A stretch of DNA of 64,000 nt from Coleofasciculus sp. B1-GNL1-01 (GTDB lineage Bacteria > Cyanobacteriota > Cyanobacteriia > Cyanobacteriales > Coleofasciculaceae), in assembly GCA_040220235.1 (NCBI GenBank), contig JAVJTO010000096.1; one strand, written 5' to 3'. The translations under genes and the position numbers were made by a program. This document shows, piece by piece, positions 27,902 to 38,592 of this stretch. Under the pieces are notes generated by a model. That model was not told the origin of the DNA and ran no database searches. It saw only the letters and a program-made list of their open reading frames with translations. Position 1 is the first letter of the stretch. Each line of letters starts with the position of its first letter.

Positions 27902-29179
27902 TCAACGGCTCACCTTTTTCTTTTTGGTTAGCCATAATCCTGTAGCGAATGCCATCAGTCCAGCTAAACTTCTAGGTTCGGGTACGGACACTGGATCACT
28001 TGGGCTATCGTCACCAATACTATCATCTGGGTGATCAGGAATCTCGTCATCGGGAGTATTGTCGATTGGATCATCGGCAACATCATCATCACTCGGTAAG
28101 TTTTCATCAATGTCATCCCCTGGATCGTTTACCACAGGAGGCGTAGGTGTTGGATTGTCTACAACAGGAGGTGTAGGTACTGGATTGTCTACAACAGGAG
28201 GCGTTGGAGGCTGCCAACTGGTTAGAATATCGTCGATCCAATTCGTGTAAAATGACGCACGGGTATCAAAGGAAAACTCGCCAAAGGAAGAATTGAGGGC
28301 ATCGTCAATATCAGAGGAAATACCATTCAGGTAATAAACTCGTAAACCAAAGGAAGTCACTCCTGCGATCGCGCCATCAATAAATGTGGGACTTCCAGAA
28401 TCTCCTAGTGCTGAGTTAACTTCATTTAACCCCAAACCTAAGTCAGCATAATCATCGCCAAACCAATAGCCAAAAGCATCATTCGCGGCAAGTCCGTTGT
28501 CAAAGTCGTAAGCTAATAAGGCGTCACTGAAGTTATCGGATAATAGTTGATTAAACAAATCCCCGGAAGCATCATAACGATTCTGACCGGAACGCTTCAA
28601 GCCATCCCAAAATTCATCACCAACGTTACCATTTCCAGATTGACCATAACCGACTTTATCGCCAACTTTACCCACTTCGTTGTTATTTCGATAAATGTCA
28701 TAGCGATCGACTGTATCTGGGGCAATATCGGTTAGCTCTAAAATGGCAATATCATAGCCATTAGATAAATCACCCGTCCAGTCATCATGAACAAAGATAT
28801 CAGCAATGGAGAGATTGACATCACCTGTGGATAAGTCAAACGTGGCTGTGCCATCCCAAACATCTAAAGTCCCAAAATCATCAGTGAGGCAATGAGCCGC
28901 CGTGAGAATATGAGCGCCTGTTCCTAATAATCCACCTGTACAAGAACTTCCCCAAAAACCACCTAGAGAAAGTTGAGCGACGCCATCATATCCCGTTCCG
29001 GGAGACACAAGATAATCATCAGGATTGCCTGTTGTCCTATAGAGGGGCTGGACTTGTGTCTGAATTGAGGTATTATTTAAATTCGCGGCTTTAGCAGGTA
29101 CAACAGTAACGAAAGGAGTGAGTAAACTTACTGCAGACAGAAGAGTTAGGGACTTGAAGCTAGACAAAGTGAAAGTCAT
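27902..29179 (-). CDS. Secreted trypsin-like serine protease with PEP-CTERM sorting signal
   Basis: Signal peptide (PAKAA); catalytic triad LTAAHC / DIAIL / GDSGSP; PTPPVVDNP repeats; VPEP-TM-KKKK terminus. Confidence 0.92.
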   Translation of the reverse strand: MTFTLSSFKSLTLLSAVSLLTPFVTVVPAKAANLNNTSIQTQVQPLYRTTGNPDDYLVSPGTGYDGVAQLSLGGFWGSSCTGGLLGTGAHILTAAHCLTDDFGTLDVWDGTATFDLSTGDVNLSIADIFVHDDWTGDLSNGYDIAILELTDIAPDTVDRYDIYRNNNEVGKVGDKVGYGQSGNGNVGDEFWDGLKRSGQNRYDASGDLFNQLLSDNFSDALLAYDFDNGLAANDAFGYWFGDDYADLGLGLNEVNSALGDSGSPTFIDGAIAGVTSFGLRVYYLNGISSDIDDALNSSFGEFSFDTRASFYTNWIDDILTSWQPPTPPVVDNPVPTPPVVDNPTPTPPVVNDPGDDIDENLPSDDDVADDPIDNTPDDEIPDHPDDSIGDDSPSDPVSVPEPRSLAGLMAFATGLWLTKKKKVSR

Positions 29180-29370
29180 AGTTACACCGGAATGAAGGAG
29201 TCACGATTAAACGGTTCACTGTCATCTGTCTCTGAGGGATTGACCCTTATGCACTTTTTTGAGAGTTGTAACGTTTATTCATAACCGGGATGAAATTTTT
29301 ACCAACGTGCATAAGTTCCCACTGCTGAGAGATATATACTAGAAAAGTATGGTTTGGGTTCAAATTGGTG

Positions 29371-32300
29371 ATGAATCAAAGCTGGAAATATTGGTGGTGG
29401 ACATTCGCCGGGATTGTTGGAATTGGCGGCGTTTTTGCGTTCTGGGATACGGCTGCTGTGGCTCAGATTACACCGGATACTACCCTAGGAACTGAAAATT
29501 CCGTGGTTACGCCCAATGTAGATATCCAGGGACTTCCGGCGGATTTAATTGAAGGTGGGGCGACACGGGACGCGGCGTTGTTTCACAGTTTCTCTGAGTT
29601 TAATGTTGGCGAGGGATTGCGGGTTTATTTCGCCAATCCGGTGGGGATTGAAACGATTTTCAGTCGGGTGACGGGGAGTGATGTCTCGGATATTTTGGGA
29701 ACGTTGGGAGTCAATGGGGACGCCAGTTTATTTTTGTTGAATCCCAATGGGATTATTTTTGGAGAAAATGCGCGGTTGGATATCGCGGGTTCGTTTGTGG
29801 CGTCTACGGCGAATTCTGTGGTGTTGGAGAATGGGGTGGAGTTTAGCGCTACGAATCCTGAAGCACCGCCGTTATTAACGATTAATTTAACACCAGGATT
29901 GCAGTATGGGTCAAATTCAAACGGAAAGATTGCCAATGCTGGGACGTTAGAAGTGGGTGTCGGTGAAACCCTGAGTTTGTATGGCAATACTGTCACCAAT
30001 ACCGGGATACTGACAGCACCCGGAGGAACAGTACAGGTATTAGGCGATCGCGTGGGATTGTTCGAGAATGCTCAAATTGATGTCTCCAGCGAGATGGGAG
30101 GCGGTACGGTATTGATTGGTATAGCTGAGGAAGCGAATAACCTATACATTCCATCAGTTACTCATGCTAATCGAACCTTTGTCAGTCCTGATACCATTAT
30201 CAATGCCAATGGAATTAGCAATAGTGATGGTGGTAACGTATTGGTTTGGTCGGATGAAGTCACTCATTTTTATGGCACGATTAGCGCCCGTGGGGGTGAA
30301 ATGTCTGGTAATGGTGGCTTTGTGGAGGTTTCGGGGAAAGACGTTTTAGAGTTTGATGGATTAGTCGATACGACTGCCGCGAATGGAACAACGGGAACAC
30401 TACTCCTTGATCCGACAAATATCGAAGTTGTACTTTTTGCAAATGAAACTGATAATTTAAATGATGTTGATGGGTTTGCTGATCCAGATATTGGGGCTGA
30501 TGGTGACACCAAAATTAATGCGACGGCGATTAACAATGCTGCGGCGGATGTCGTGCTTCAGGCGACCAATAATATTATTTTTAATGCTGCCGTTAATATC
30601 CGACAATCTGGCATCGGACTTACCGCCCAAGCCGGCAACACGATTACCGTTAATCGACGCATTGCCACGCCGGGTGGTGATATCCAATTAATCGGTGGCA
30701 TAACCTCTAATAATGGTTCTATTTTTATCAACGACGATGTTCGCTCTCGTGGGGGAGATATCGTTCTCCAAGCTGGTGGTGATATCGTAGTCGAGGAGGC
30801 GACAGTCAATACCGAATCGGGGTTTCTCGGAGATTCGGGAGACATGACGATTGAAACAGGGCGGTTAATTCTTCAGAATAAAGGACAGGTAGACACCAGT
30901 ACATTTGGATTGGGTAACGCCGGGAATCTAGATGTCCGGGCGACTGAAATTGAAATGACTGAATCCGTGAACGCTTCATCTAATATTCTTACAGGTATTG
31001 CTGCACAAACCAATCGAGGTTCTAGTGGCAATGCGGGTAGGATTACCATTGAAACAGAACAGTTAACCGCTGGAAATGGCGCACAAATAACTGCAACAAC
31101 ATCGGGTTCTGGAAATGCTGGAGAAATCATTGTCAGAGCGTCGGAAATTGAACTAATTGGCGACTCGTCATTCAATGGTTTTCCGAGTGGAATTTTGGCT
31201 AACAATCAACCGGGAAGCACAGGAGTCAGTGGCAAAATAACGATTGAAACCGAACGATTAATTGCCCGTGATGGTGCAGGGGTTTATGTTTCCACGTTTA
31301 CGGGTGAAGAGGGTGGGGAGCTAACTGTTCAAGCCTCTGAGATTGAATTAACCGGAACGGGCAAGATTTATCCCAGCGCTTTGTCTGCTCAAGCGCATCC
31401 AGGCGCAACCGGAAATGCTGGGCAAGTAACGATTGAAACCGATCAGTTAATTGCTCGCAATGGGGGGACTATCACAACGGCGTCAACGGCTGGCAATGGT
31501 GGAAATCAGACAATTCAAGCCACCGATTTTATCGACCTAGCTAATGGCGGGTCTATAGTGGCTAACGCGGCGGCAGGATTTGGTGGGACTATCTCGATGG
31601 AAACGAGAAATTTGACCCTTGAAAATGGGGGAATTATTAACACTAGCACGACGGGTCAAGGCGATGCTGGCAGTATTGCCATTCGCCAATCCGAATCCGT
31701 TACGGTAGACAAAGGGAGTGTGATCTCAAGTCTATCGTTTGGTTCAGGAATAGGGGGTAATCTTTTAATCGAAACGGGAACTCTTACGATTCGTGATGGT
31801 AGTGGTGTGGTCACCAGTACAGCGGGTCAAGGGAGTGCGGGAAACCTAACAGTACAAGCCAAAAACTCGGTTAATGTAATCCGTGATGGTCTATTATCAA
31901 CAGGTACTCTCGGTACAGGAACTGGTGGAAACCTTTTAATCGAAACCCGAAGTTTAAATGTCCAAGACGAGGGTAAAGTTTTCAGTAGCAGTTTAGATGC
32001 CAGTACATTTGATTTGAACAGTCTTGACCCGAACCTTTATTCACCTGATTTAATTGAACGAATTCGGAATAATGTTAATATAGCCGCTCAAGGAAATTTT
32101 ACTCAAGGGGATTCAGGAAACCTGATTGTTATTGCCACAGACTCCGTAAATGTGGCGAAGAATGGAGTGATTTCGACACAAGGTCGGGGTGAAGCATCCG
32201 GTGGCGATTTAACCATAAATACCCAACAGTTAACGGTTGATAACGCTGGTGCAATCGTCACGGATACCTTTGGTTCTGGTAATTCAGGAAACTTAACCAT

Positions 32301-33447
32301 TAGTGCCAACGATACGGTCAATGTTATCGGTTTTGGCAGCGATATTACCACTCAAACTCGTCCCGACAGTATAGGAAACGGGGGAACTCTTACCATTACC
32401 ACCGGACAATTAAGAATAGAGGATGAAGCCGCCGTATCCTCTGGCACATTTGGTCAAGGATTGGGTGGAGATATTCAGTTGCAAGGGAATTCTCTGGAAC
32501 TCGCCAATCGCGGACGTATCACCAGTCGCAGTGAAGGGTTGAACAATGCTGGCAATATTTTCATCCGTTTGAATGATGAGCTGCGATCGCGTCAAGGTCA
32601 AGTTGTGGCTACGTCCTTACAATTTGGTGGTGGTAATATCGATATCACGGCTCAAGATATTCTCCTGCGTAACAGCAGTCTAATTAGCACGAGTGTATTT
32701 GATAGTACAGGTGGCGGTGGCAATATTCAGATAAACTCTAATAGTTTTGTGGCTCTGGAGGACAGCGATATTCTAGCAAATGCTGATGCTGGACCCGGAG
32801 GCGATATTATCATTAACTCCTCAGTATTTCTGGCTGATTTGTTTTCGAGTGATCGGGCGATTCCAGTCGGTCGTAATCCGGGTGACTTAGATCGGTTTCG
32901 CCGTAATGGTGAGGTCGATATTTCGGTGGACTTTGCTCAGTTTTCTGGTAATCAGCCAGTTAATGTCGTTGATATTGTCGAGAATGTGAATCGATTTCGC
33001 ATTAATGAGCGCGTTGATATCTCCGCCGACTCTCGAACAGGTCGCGATGGTTCAGTTACCACTCCCGTACCTTTCTTTGGTCAAGGGTTAACCGAGTTAC
33101 CGACTAATTTTGTTGATGCAGAACGCCTGATTGACCGTTCCTGCAATGCGGGAGGTGCAGCCTTAGCTAGTAGCTTTATTTTCACAGGTCGTGGTGGTAT
33201 TCCACCGAGTCCTCTGGATGTTCTGGAGAGTGACGTGATGGTCAGTGATTGGGTAACTTTAGATGAGGAGACTCCAACCCAAACGCAACCAGAATCTGTC
33301 ACGTCCAATTCAAATCAACCTCGGCAAATTATTGAAGCGCAAGGGTGGGTAAAATTGGCAAATGGGCAGATTGTTTTGGTAGCGGAATCGCCCACCGTAA
33401 CCCCTCAGGTGAATTGGCAAAACGCCACCGACTGTGAAAGTCCTTAA
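29371..33447 (+). CDS. Filamentous haemagglutinin-like (TPS-domain) exoprotein
   Basis: AQITPDTTLG, LFHSFSEFNV and NPNGIIFG motifs; beta-helix GNAG.I.I repeats; cyanobacterial C-terminus TGRGGIP...IIEAQGWV. Confidence 0.93.
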   Translation: MNQSWKYWWWTFAGIVGIGGVFAFWDTAAVAQITPDTTLGTENSVVTPNVDIQGLPADLIEGGATRDAALFHSFSEFNVGEGLRVYFANPVGIETIFSRVTGSDVSDILGTLGVNGDASLFLLNPNGIIFGENARLDIAGSFVASTANSVVLENGVEFSATNPEAPPLLTINLTPGLQYGSNSNGKIANAGTLEVGVGETLSLYGNTVTNTGILTAPGGTVQVLGDRVGLFENAQIDVSSEMGGGTVLIGIAEEANNLYIPSVTHANRTFVSPDTIINANGISNSDGGNVLVWSDEVTHFYGTISARGGEMSGNGGFVEVSGKDVLEFDGLVDTTAANGTTGTLLLDPTNIEVVLFANETDNLNDVDGFADPDIGADGDTKINATAINNAAADVVLQATNNIIFNAAVNIRQSGIGLTAQAGNTITVNRRIATPGGDIQLIGGITSNNGSIFINDDVRSRGGDIVLQAGGDIVVEEATVNTESGFLGDSGDMTIETGRLILQNKGQVDTSTFGLGNAGNLDVRATEIEMTESVNASSNILTGIAAQTNRGSSGNAGRITIETEQLTAGNGAQITATTSGSGNAGEIIVRASEIELIGDSSFNGFPSGILANNQPGSTGVSGKITIETERLIARDGAGVYVSTFTGEEGGELTVQASEIELTGTGKIYPSALSAQAHPGATGNAGQVTIETDQLIARNGGTITTASTAGNGGNQTIQATDFIDLANGGSIVANAAAGFGGTISMETRNLTLENGGIINTSTTGQGDAGSIAIRQSESVTVDKGSVISSLSFGSGIGGNLLIETGTLTIRDGSGVVTSTAGQGSAGNLTVQAKNSVNVIRDGLLSTGTLGTGTGGNLLIETRSLNVQDEGKVFSSSLDASTFDLNSLDPNLYSPDLIERIRNNVNIAAQGNFTQGDSGNLIVIATDSVNVAKNGVISTQGRGEASGGDLTINTQQLTVDNAGAIVTDTFGSGNSGNLTISANDTVNVIGFGSDITTQTRPDSIGNGGTLTITTGQLRIEDEAAVSSGTFGQGLGGDIQLQGNSLELANRGRITSRSEGLNNAGNIFIRLNDELRSRQGQVVATSLQFGGGNIDITAQDILLRNSSLISTSVFDSTGGGGNIQINSNSFVALEDSDILANADAGPGGDIIINSSVFLADLFSSDRAIPVGRNPGDLDRFRRNGEVDISVDFAQFSGNQPVNVVDIVENVNRFRINERVDISADSRTGRDGSVTTPVPFFGQGLTELPTNFVDAERLIDRSCNAGGAALASSFIFTGRGGIPPSPLDVLESDVMVSDWVTLDEETPTQTQPESVTSNSNQPRQIIEAQGWVKLANGQIVLVAESPTVTPQVNWQNATDCESP

Positions 33448-33460
33448 TGAAAGCCCCATT

Positions 33461-34276
33461 CTAATCAATCGCCCGGAGGTTTAAACCACGGGTTAAAAGG
33501 GGGTAATATAAGGGCGGGTTTTGTTGAGCAGTTATCGGTGAAAAGCTTATCTGAGTGACTAAACCCGCCCCTACAATTGATTGACTGTACGCTTGCCAAG
33601 CTAACTCTAAGGTTGCCATTTCACTCCAAAAATCATTGGTATTTCGCAACGCTAATAATCGTGAGGCGCATTCACCCCGGTTTATGATACTGCACGCCCA
33701 GGTTACCAGATTTTCAAAGTTTACTGATTGTCCTGTGGGGTAACTCCAACGTGTGCCAAATTTAGCGATTTCTCCATTGGGATAATACCAGCGAGAGGCG
33801 ATTTTTGCGGTTTGTCCGTTGGGATAGTTCCAAATTGCGCCAAATTTCGCCGTTTGTCCGTTGGGATACTGCCAATTATCACCAATTTTTGCCCGTTGTC
33901 CATTCGGGTATTCAATAATTGCCCGTCCCCAAGTATCGGCTAATCCACAGGCGAATTGTTGCTGACTCTCGACTAATCGCACCAGATTGTTGGTTCCGTC
34001 AGACAGTCGCGCCAGTCGTGTCATGATGGTGAGATCCAGACATTCCTGGCTAGCGGTTGGGGATGGAATCGTTTCTACTGCTGAGGGTTGGGCGGTGTCA
34101 CAGTATTGCGCTTCTAGGGTAGCCAGGTTTTCGTCGTCTAAACCTTGTTGTATCGCGAGGCGACGTACCTGGCGAATTTGACGGCATTGAGTCGGTGTGG
34201 CGTCAGCGCGATCGCGGCTTATGCCAAGCACCAGTAGGGGTAATAGTGATAGTACCACCTGAATCGCCTGTTTCAT
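33461..34276 (-). CDS. Secreted protein with W.YPNGQTAK repeats; C-terminus extended through a REP
   Basis: Signal peptide; about five 13-aa (W/E)xYP(N/T)GQxAK repeats; the tail VGAGL...QNPP is encoded by the REP at 33511-33575. Confidence 0.75.
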   Translation of the reverse strand: MKQAIQVVLSLLPLLVLGISRDRADATPTQCRQIRQVRRLAIQQGLDDENLATLEAQYCDTAQPSAVETIPSPTASQECLDLTIMTRLARLSDGTNNLVRLVESQQQFACGLADTWGRAIIEYPNGQRAKIGDNWQYPNGQTAKFGAIWNYPNGQTAKIASRWYYPNGEIAKFGTRWSYPTGQSVNFENLVTWACSIINRGECASRLLALRNTNDFWSEMATLELAWQAYSQSIVGAGLVTQISFSPITAQQNPPLYYPLLTRGLNLRAID

Positions 34277-34665
34277 AGAGACAAATAATCCTTATCTTCG
34301 ATAATCCCCATATCTGAATTATTGTAAGGGATAAGGGGTCAAACCCCTCATTGGTTGATCAGAGTCTCCTTGGAGTTGATGAGTAAGTATCACTGGGAAA
34401 TGACTGCTGAGAACGATGATAATCTCTGTTTACTAGCCTTCGACACAACAACGATAAAAGCTTTACTGGATGAAGGTTTCAAGGGTTTGAGGCGTCAGTT
34501 TAAAGTACAGTTCTCATATTTTGTCTGACTCAGCCTCAGTGTATATACGGATTTTGATTTCAGTAGTTATTAACAAATTCCCGTAATTTACCCGATTTTT
34601 TCAGGCTAGGGTTTTGAATAAGATTGACTTGTAAATCAAACAAAGCTTTTGAGGAATTCAAGTCA

Positions 34666-35157
34666 ATGATTCGTAAGACCCTAATCGCTTCTACTTTAGT
34701 TCTGTGCGGTACTGTTGGATTCACTTCTTCGGCACAAGCTGAGGAAACTACCGATGTTCATTTTACCGCTAATGTTCCCGCATCTTGCACGTTTAGCGAG
34801 GTTAATAATGGAACTCTAGGACTCGTCACTGGAACTACATTAAGCAGTGCTATTGCTGATGGTGGTACAGCTGGTACTGCTAAACTTACCTGCAACAATG
34901 TTCTTGCCACACTAACAGCAGATGCTCCTGCCCAACAAGGAACAGTTGAGGGTTACGATCATAGTACAGCATTAACCACTGTTGGTGTTACAGGTACTGG
35001 TGCTAACGCTGTCGCTATTGTTGCACCTGCTACTCCAGCAGCCGTACCTCTTCCAGGTGAAACCAATCTGACAGTAAACATGTCAACAACTCCGCTAACT
35101 GGATTTATTCCTAGTGGTGACTATGACTTTTTTGTGCGGTTGACTGTAGCTCCTTAG
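34666..35157 (+). CDS. Putative chaperone-usher-type pilin (spore coat U / Csu-like subunit)
   Basis: Signal peptide SAQA; F.ANV..SC; G.A.LTCN (two Cys); C-terminal GDY...V.LTVAP beta-zipper-like motif; AGGA RBS. Confidence 0.65.
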   Translation: MIRKTLIASTLVLCGTVGFTSSAQAEETTDVHFTANVPASCTFSEVNNGTLGLVTGTTLSSAIADGGTAGTAKLTCNNVLATLTADAPAQQGTVEGYDHSTALTTVGVTGTGANAVAIVAPATPAAVPLPGETNLTVNMSTTPLTGFIPSGDYDFFVRLTVAP

Positions 35158-35451
35158 CCACAAGGTTATTCGTCAATCTTCGCTTTTGTCTAGTCAATTA
35201 GCTGCTGGGGAAATCGAGGGGAATGTAACCCTAGCAGCTAATTATTCGCTTGAACAATACTTGAACAGGCAAAATTTAGCACCATGTTTGATTACACTAA
35301 AAAAATTACCTTTTTTTCTAACCTTGCTGTCAAAGCGTTTCAAATTTGATGGTTGATTGTTCATCGTAGATTATTAATTGCTATGAACAATAAACCATGA
35401 ACTATAAACATAAAATACCACTTTTTTTAAGCAGACGTTAATATCTGCCCT

Positions 35452-38400
35452 ATGTTTCACGCCGTACCGCCCCATTCACCGCCAGAAATTGTACATCACG
35501 TAACTCCAGACAAGGCAGATCAAGTTCGCGAACATCCATTTATAATCGCCAACACGCCAACATTTCCCACCCAAAATCCTGTCGCATCTCATTCAATTCC
35601 GAGTTCACCTGAATTATTCTTCCCGGAATATTCCGACTCAAATTTACCGACTTTGCCAGAAGGAATAGAATCATCTAACGCTGCTAAACTCGGACAACCG
35701 ATTTCAGTCAGCATCTCCGATAATCAGCCAATACAACCCGAATTTTCTTCCTCGAATCCTTCTATTCAATTCAATCCTGTTAATCTGGATCTGACTCTCT
35801 ATCCGGCTGAACCAAATAATTCAACATCGAATAGTTTACCATCCCCAGCAGACTCAAATCCTAGCTTAAATCCGGCTAATTCAACATCAGAACCCGAAAA
35901 ACTCACGGATCAGGAACCCACACCTCAACCCGAAACATTACCCCCGCAAAACCCGGATATCTTAACCCTTCCTCAAACTCAATTTTCAATTGCCCAAGTT
36001 CCAGATGATTTCTCCTCCTTTCTGGTAGGAATCAAAGTCAACAATCGCCCGGTAATTACTAGCACTTTAATTCGCGGGCAAGAAGACGGAGAAGCTGCGA
36101 TTAATTTTGAACAATGGTTGTTACCTTACGACGCTATCGTCAAAGCCTTAAAATTAACCGCGACCGTTTTACCCGACAATCAAATCGAACTGCGATCGCC
36201 TACCCAGGTTATTCGCCTCAACCCCAGTCAACTCAAGACGGATTCAGAATTAGGCTTGGTGTTTTCCGTGGCGGATGTGCGAACCTTATTCGGCGTAGAA
36301 ATCGAATTTGACATTATTGATTATGCAGTTTCAATTCAAGCCCCCTGGTTAAATCAACGGCGTCAACGGGGAAAACGAGACGTCATTATCCAAACCGAAG
36401 GATTGCCCCGAATTGCCCCCTCTGGCTTCTCCCTTTCCGCTGTTGAACAACGAATTGATGCGAGTGGAACGGCGACTCAATCACCGAACTATCGAGGAAA
36501 TGTATCCGCTGTGGGGAGTATTTTTGGGGGGAGTTGGTATATCCGCGCCAATCAACCCCAACTCTTCTCCTCTGATACCTGGAGTTTAGCGGAAGCGCGA
36601 TTTCAACGCCAAACGGATGCGGCGGATTATATTATTGGATCTCAACCCCCTTTCTGGCGTAGTCAAAGTCCAGGAGATTATTGGGGATTCACCACGATTC
36701 AACGGAATGGTTTTATCCCCCAACTCCAACTCTACGGCGGTTCTGATCCCCGTCAACGCCTACAAGCGGCGCAAATCGGACGCACGATTTCTGGAACAGC
36801 GGAACCGGGAACATTAGTGCGTTTGGTGCGAGGATTAAGTGATGACGCGATCGCAGAAGTTCTGGTGGATTCTTCAGGTGTCTACCGCTTCGAGGATGTG
36901 GAATTCGAGAGTCAATCGTTCAATAATTATCGTATTTTACTCTATCCCCAAGGGCGACTCACGGAAACCCCAGAACTTCGAGACGCCACTTTTTCCAATG
37001 TACCCGGACAAATCCCCGCCGGATCAACAGCCGTTATTGTCTCTGGAGGATGGCGGCGACAATTGTCGGGTTTGAATCAAGAAATATTGGGCAATTTTAC
37101 CGACATCCAAGGTGGAGTGATGGGGCGCTGGGGGGTTTCTAATAGCCTGACATTAGGGGCTGGTGCGGTTTACGACGAATCGTTTCGGGGATTAGCAGAA
37201 GCCTTTTTTCAGCCAGAAGGCTTCCCTTTAAAAGCCGCCGTCTCCGTTTTAAGTGGTACAGAGGAGTCCGACTGGGATATTAACGCCAACGTACTGTTTG
37301 AACCCTCCCCTAATTTTACCGCCCGATTCACAAGCGATCGCTTCGCCCAACGGTTGAATGCGTCTTGGCAAGTGTTACCGGGTTTCACCCTATTTGCCAA
37401 TACCAGCACCAATGATGCAACGGCGGCTGGTGTACAATTCGCTTTAAGCAGCAAAAACGCCTTTACCTTTGCCCGTCTCAGCGTCGATACCCAAAGCCGT
37501 TTCCGGTGGAACTTGATTCAACGCCTGAATCAATGGGAATTTCGGTCATTGGGGAATGAAATTAGCACCCAATCTGAACTCGGTTATCGTTTCTCGGATA
37601 GCTTAAGTACGGGTCATTCTTTGGTTCTCGGTTATGATACCCGTAACCAAAATAGTCATGACTCTTTAGCCAGCCTGACTTGGCGCTATCGTTCCCCCCA
37701 AAAATCGGGGGATGGGAACCCCCTCTGGGATGCCCAACTAGGCTATGGTATCGGTTCTCGCGGTTCCGGAATAGTTGCCTCAGTCGGAACCTCGATTTTA
37801 CCGGGTTTACGCCTACAAGCGCGATATCAAGGGATAGCCGTAAGTTCCGATAACTCTGCTTTCAGCTTAAACCTCGTCTCCAGTCTCAATCTACAACAAG
37901 GGATTACCCCCAGAGACACCAAAGCCGACTATCTCCGCACCCAAGGCGGACTCTTGATTCAACCCTTTTTTGACCGCAATCAAAATAGTAAACCTGATCC
38001 AGGGGAAAAATACTACACCGACTCTACCTTACTCCTAGTGAATCAGCAGTCTCTGGGATCATTACGCGCCGATATCCAAGAGGATCGGATCATCATGAAT
38101 TTACCCCCTGGAATCTATCGCCTCGACTTTGATCCGGCGGGTTTTCCCTTTGATTGGCAAGTGATTAATGAAGCCTTGGCGGTGGAGGTGGTGGCGGGGA
38201 GTTATACACCGATTCTGATTCCCTTGGTTCAGTCTTACACAATATCGGGAATTGTCACCGATAACCAAGGTCAACCTGTGAGTGGGGCGAGAGTTGAAGC
38301 CATCCAACCGAATTATGGTACTCGGTCATTTTCCATTACTAATGATGCTGGCGTTTATTATTTAGAACGGTTACAGCAAGGAACATACCGCCTGCAAATC

Positions 38401-38481
38401 AACAATCAGCCTGCGTTTCCCCAGACGATTGATCTGAAAAATAGTTCGGAATTTTTCCAAGAACTGAATCTGAATTTATAG
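35452..38481 (+). CDS. Usher-like outer-membrane protein with carboxypeptidase-regulatory-like (Cna-B) domains
   Basis: Long amphipathic beta-strand region; G.AEPGTLV.L; PFFDRNQN; ISGIVTD..G.PVSGARV...TNDAGVYYL; directly downstream of the pilin-like gene. Confidence 0.65.
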   Translation: MFHAVPPHSPPEIVHHVTPDKADQVREHPFIIANTPTFPTQNPVASHSIPSSPELFFPEYSDSNLPTLPEGIESSNAAKLGQPISVSISDNQPIQPEFSSSNPSIQFNPVNLDLTLYPAEPNNSTSNSLPSPADSNPSLNPANSTSEPEKLTDQEPTPQPETLPPQNPDILTLPQTQFSIAQVPDDFSSFLVGIKVNNRPVITSTLIRGQEDGEAAINFEQWLLPYDAIVKALKLTATVLPDNQIELRSPTQVIRLNPSQLKTDSELGLVFSVADVRTLFGVEIEFDIIDYAVSIQAPWLNQRRQRGKRDVIIQTEGLPRIAPSGFSLSAVEQRIDASGTATQSPNYRGNVSAVGSIFGGSWYIRANQPQLFSSDTWSLAEARFQRQTDAADYIIGSQPPFWRSQSPGDYWGFTTIQRNGFIPQLQLYGGSDPRQRLQAAQIGRTISGTAEPGTLVRLVRGLSDDAIAEVLVDSSGVYRFEDVEFESQSFNNYRILLYPQGRLTETPELRDATFSNVPGQIPAGSTAVIVSGGWRRQLSGLNQEILGNFTDIQGGVMGRWGVSNSLTLGAGAVYDESFRGLAEAFFQPEGFPLKAAVSVLSGTEESDWDINANVLFEPSPNFTARFTSDRFAQRLNASWQVLPGFTLFANTSTNDATAAGVQFALSSKNAFTFARLSVDTQSRFRWNLIQRLNQWEFRSLGNEISTQSELGYRFSDSLSTGHSLVLGYDTRNQNSHDSLASLTWRYRSPQKSGDGNPLWDAQLGYGIGSRGSGIVASVGTSILPGLRLQARYQGIAVSSDNSAFSLNLVSSLNLQQGITPRDTKADYLRTQGGLLIQPFFDRNQNSKPDPGEKYYTDSTLLLVNQQSLGSLRADIQEDRIIMNLPPGIYRLDFDPAGFPFDWQVINEALAVEVVAGSYTPILIPLVQSYTISGIVTDNQGQPVSGARVEAIQPNYGTRSFSITNDAGVYYLERLQQGTYRLQINNQPAFPQTIDLKNSSEFFQELNLNL

Positions 38482-38592
38482 CAACCGCCAAGACAGTTAG
38501 GACATTATAAATTCGTAGAGACGTAATACATGTTAAAAATTAAAAATTATCAAATCCTTACTGTTCCTTGTTCCCTGTTCCCTTTGTTCCAC

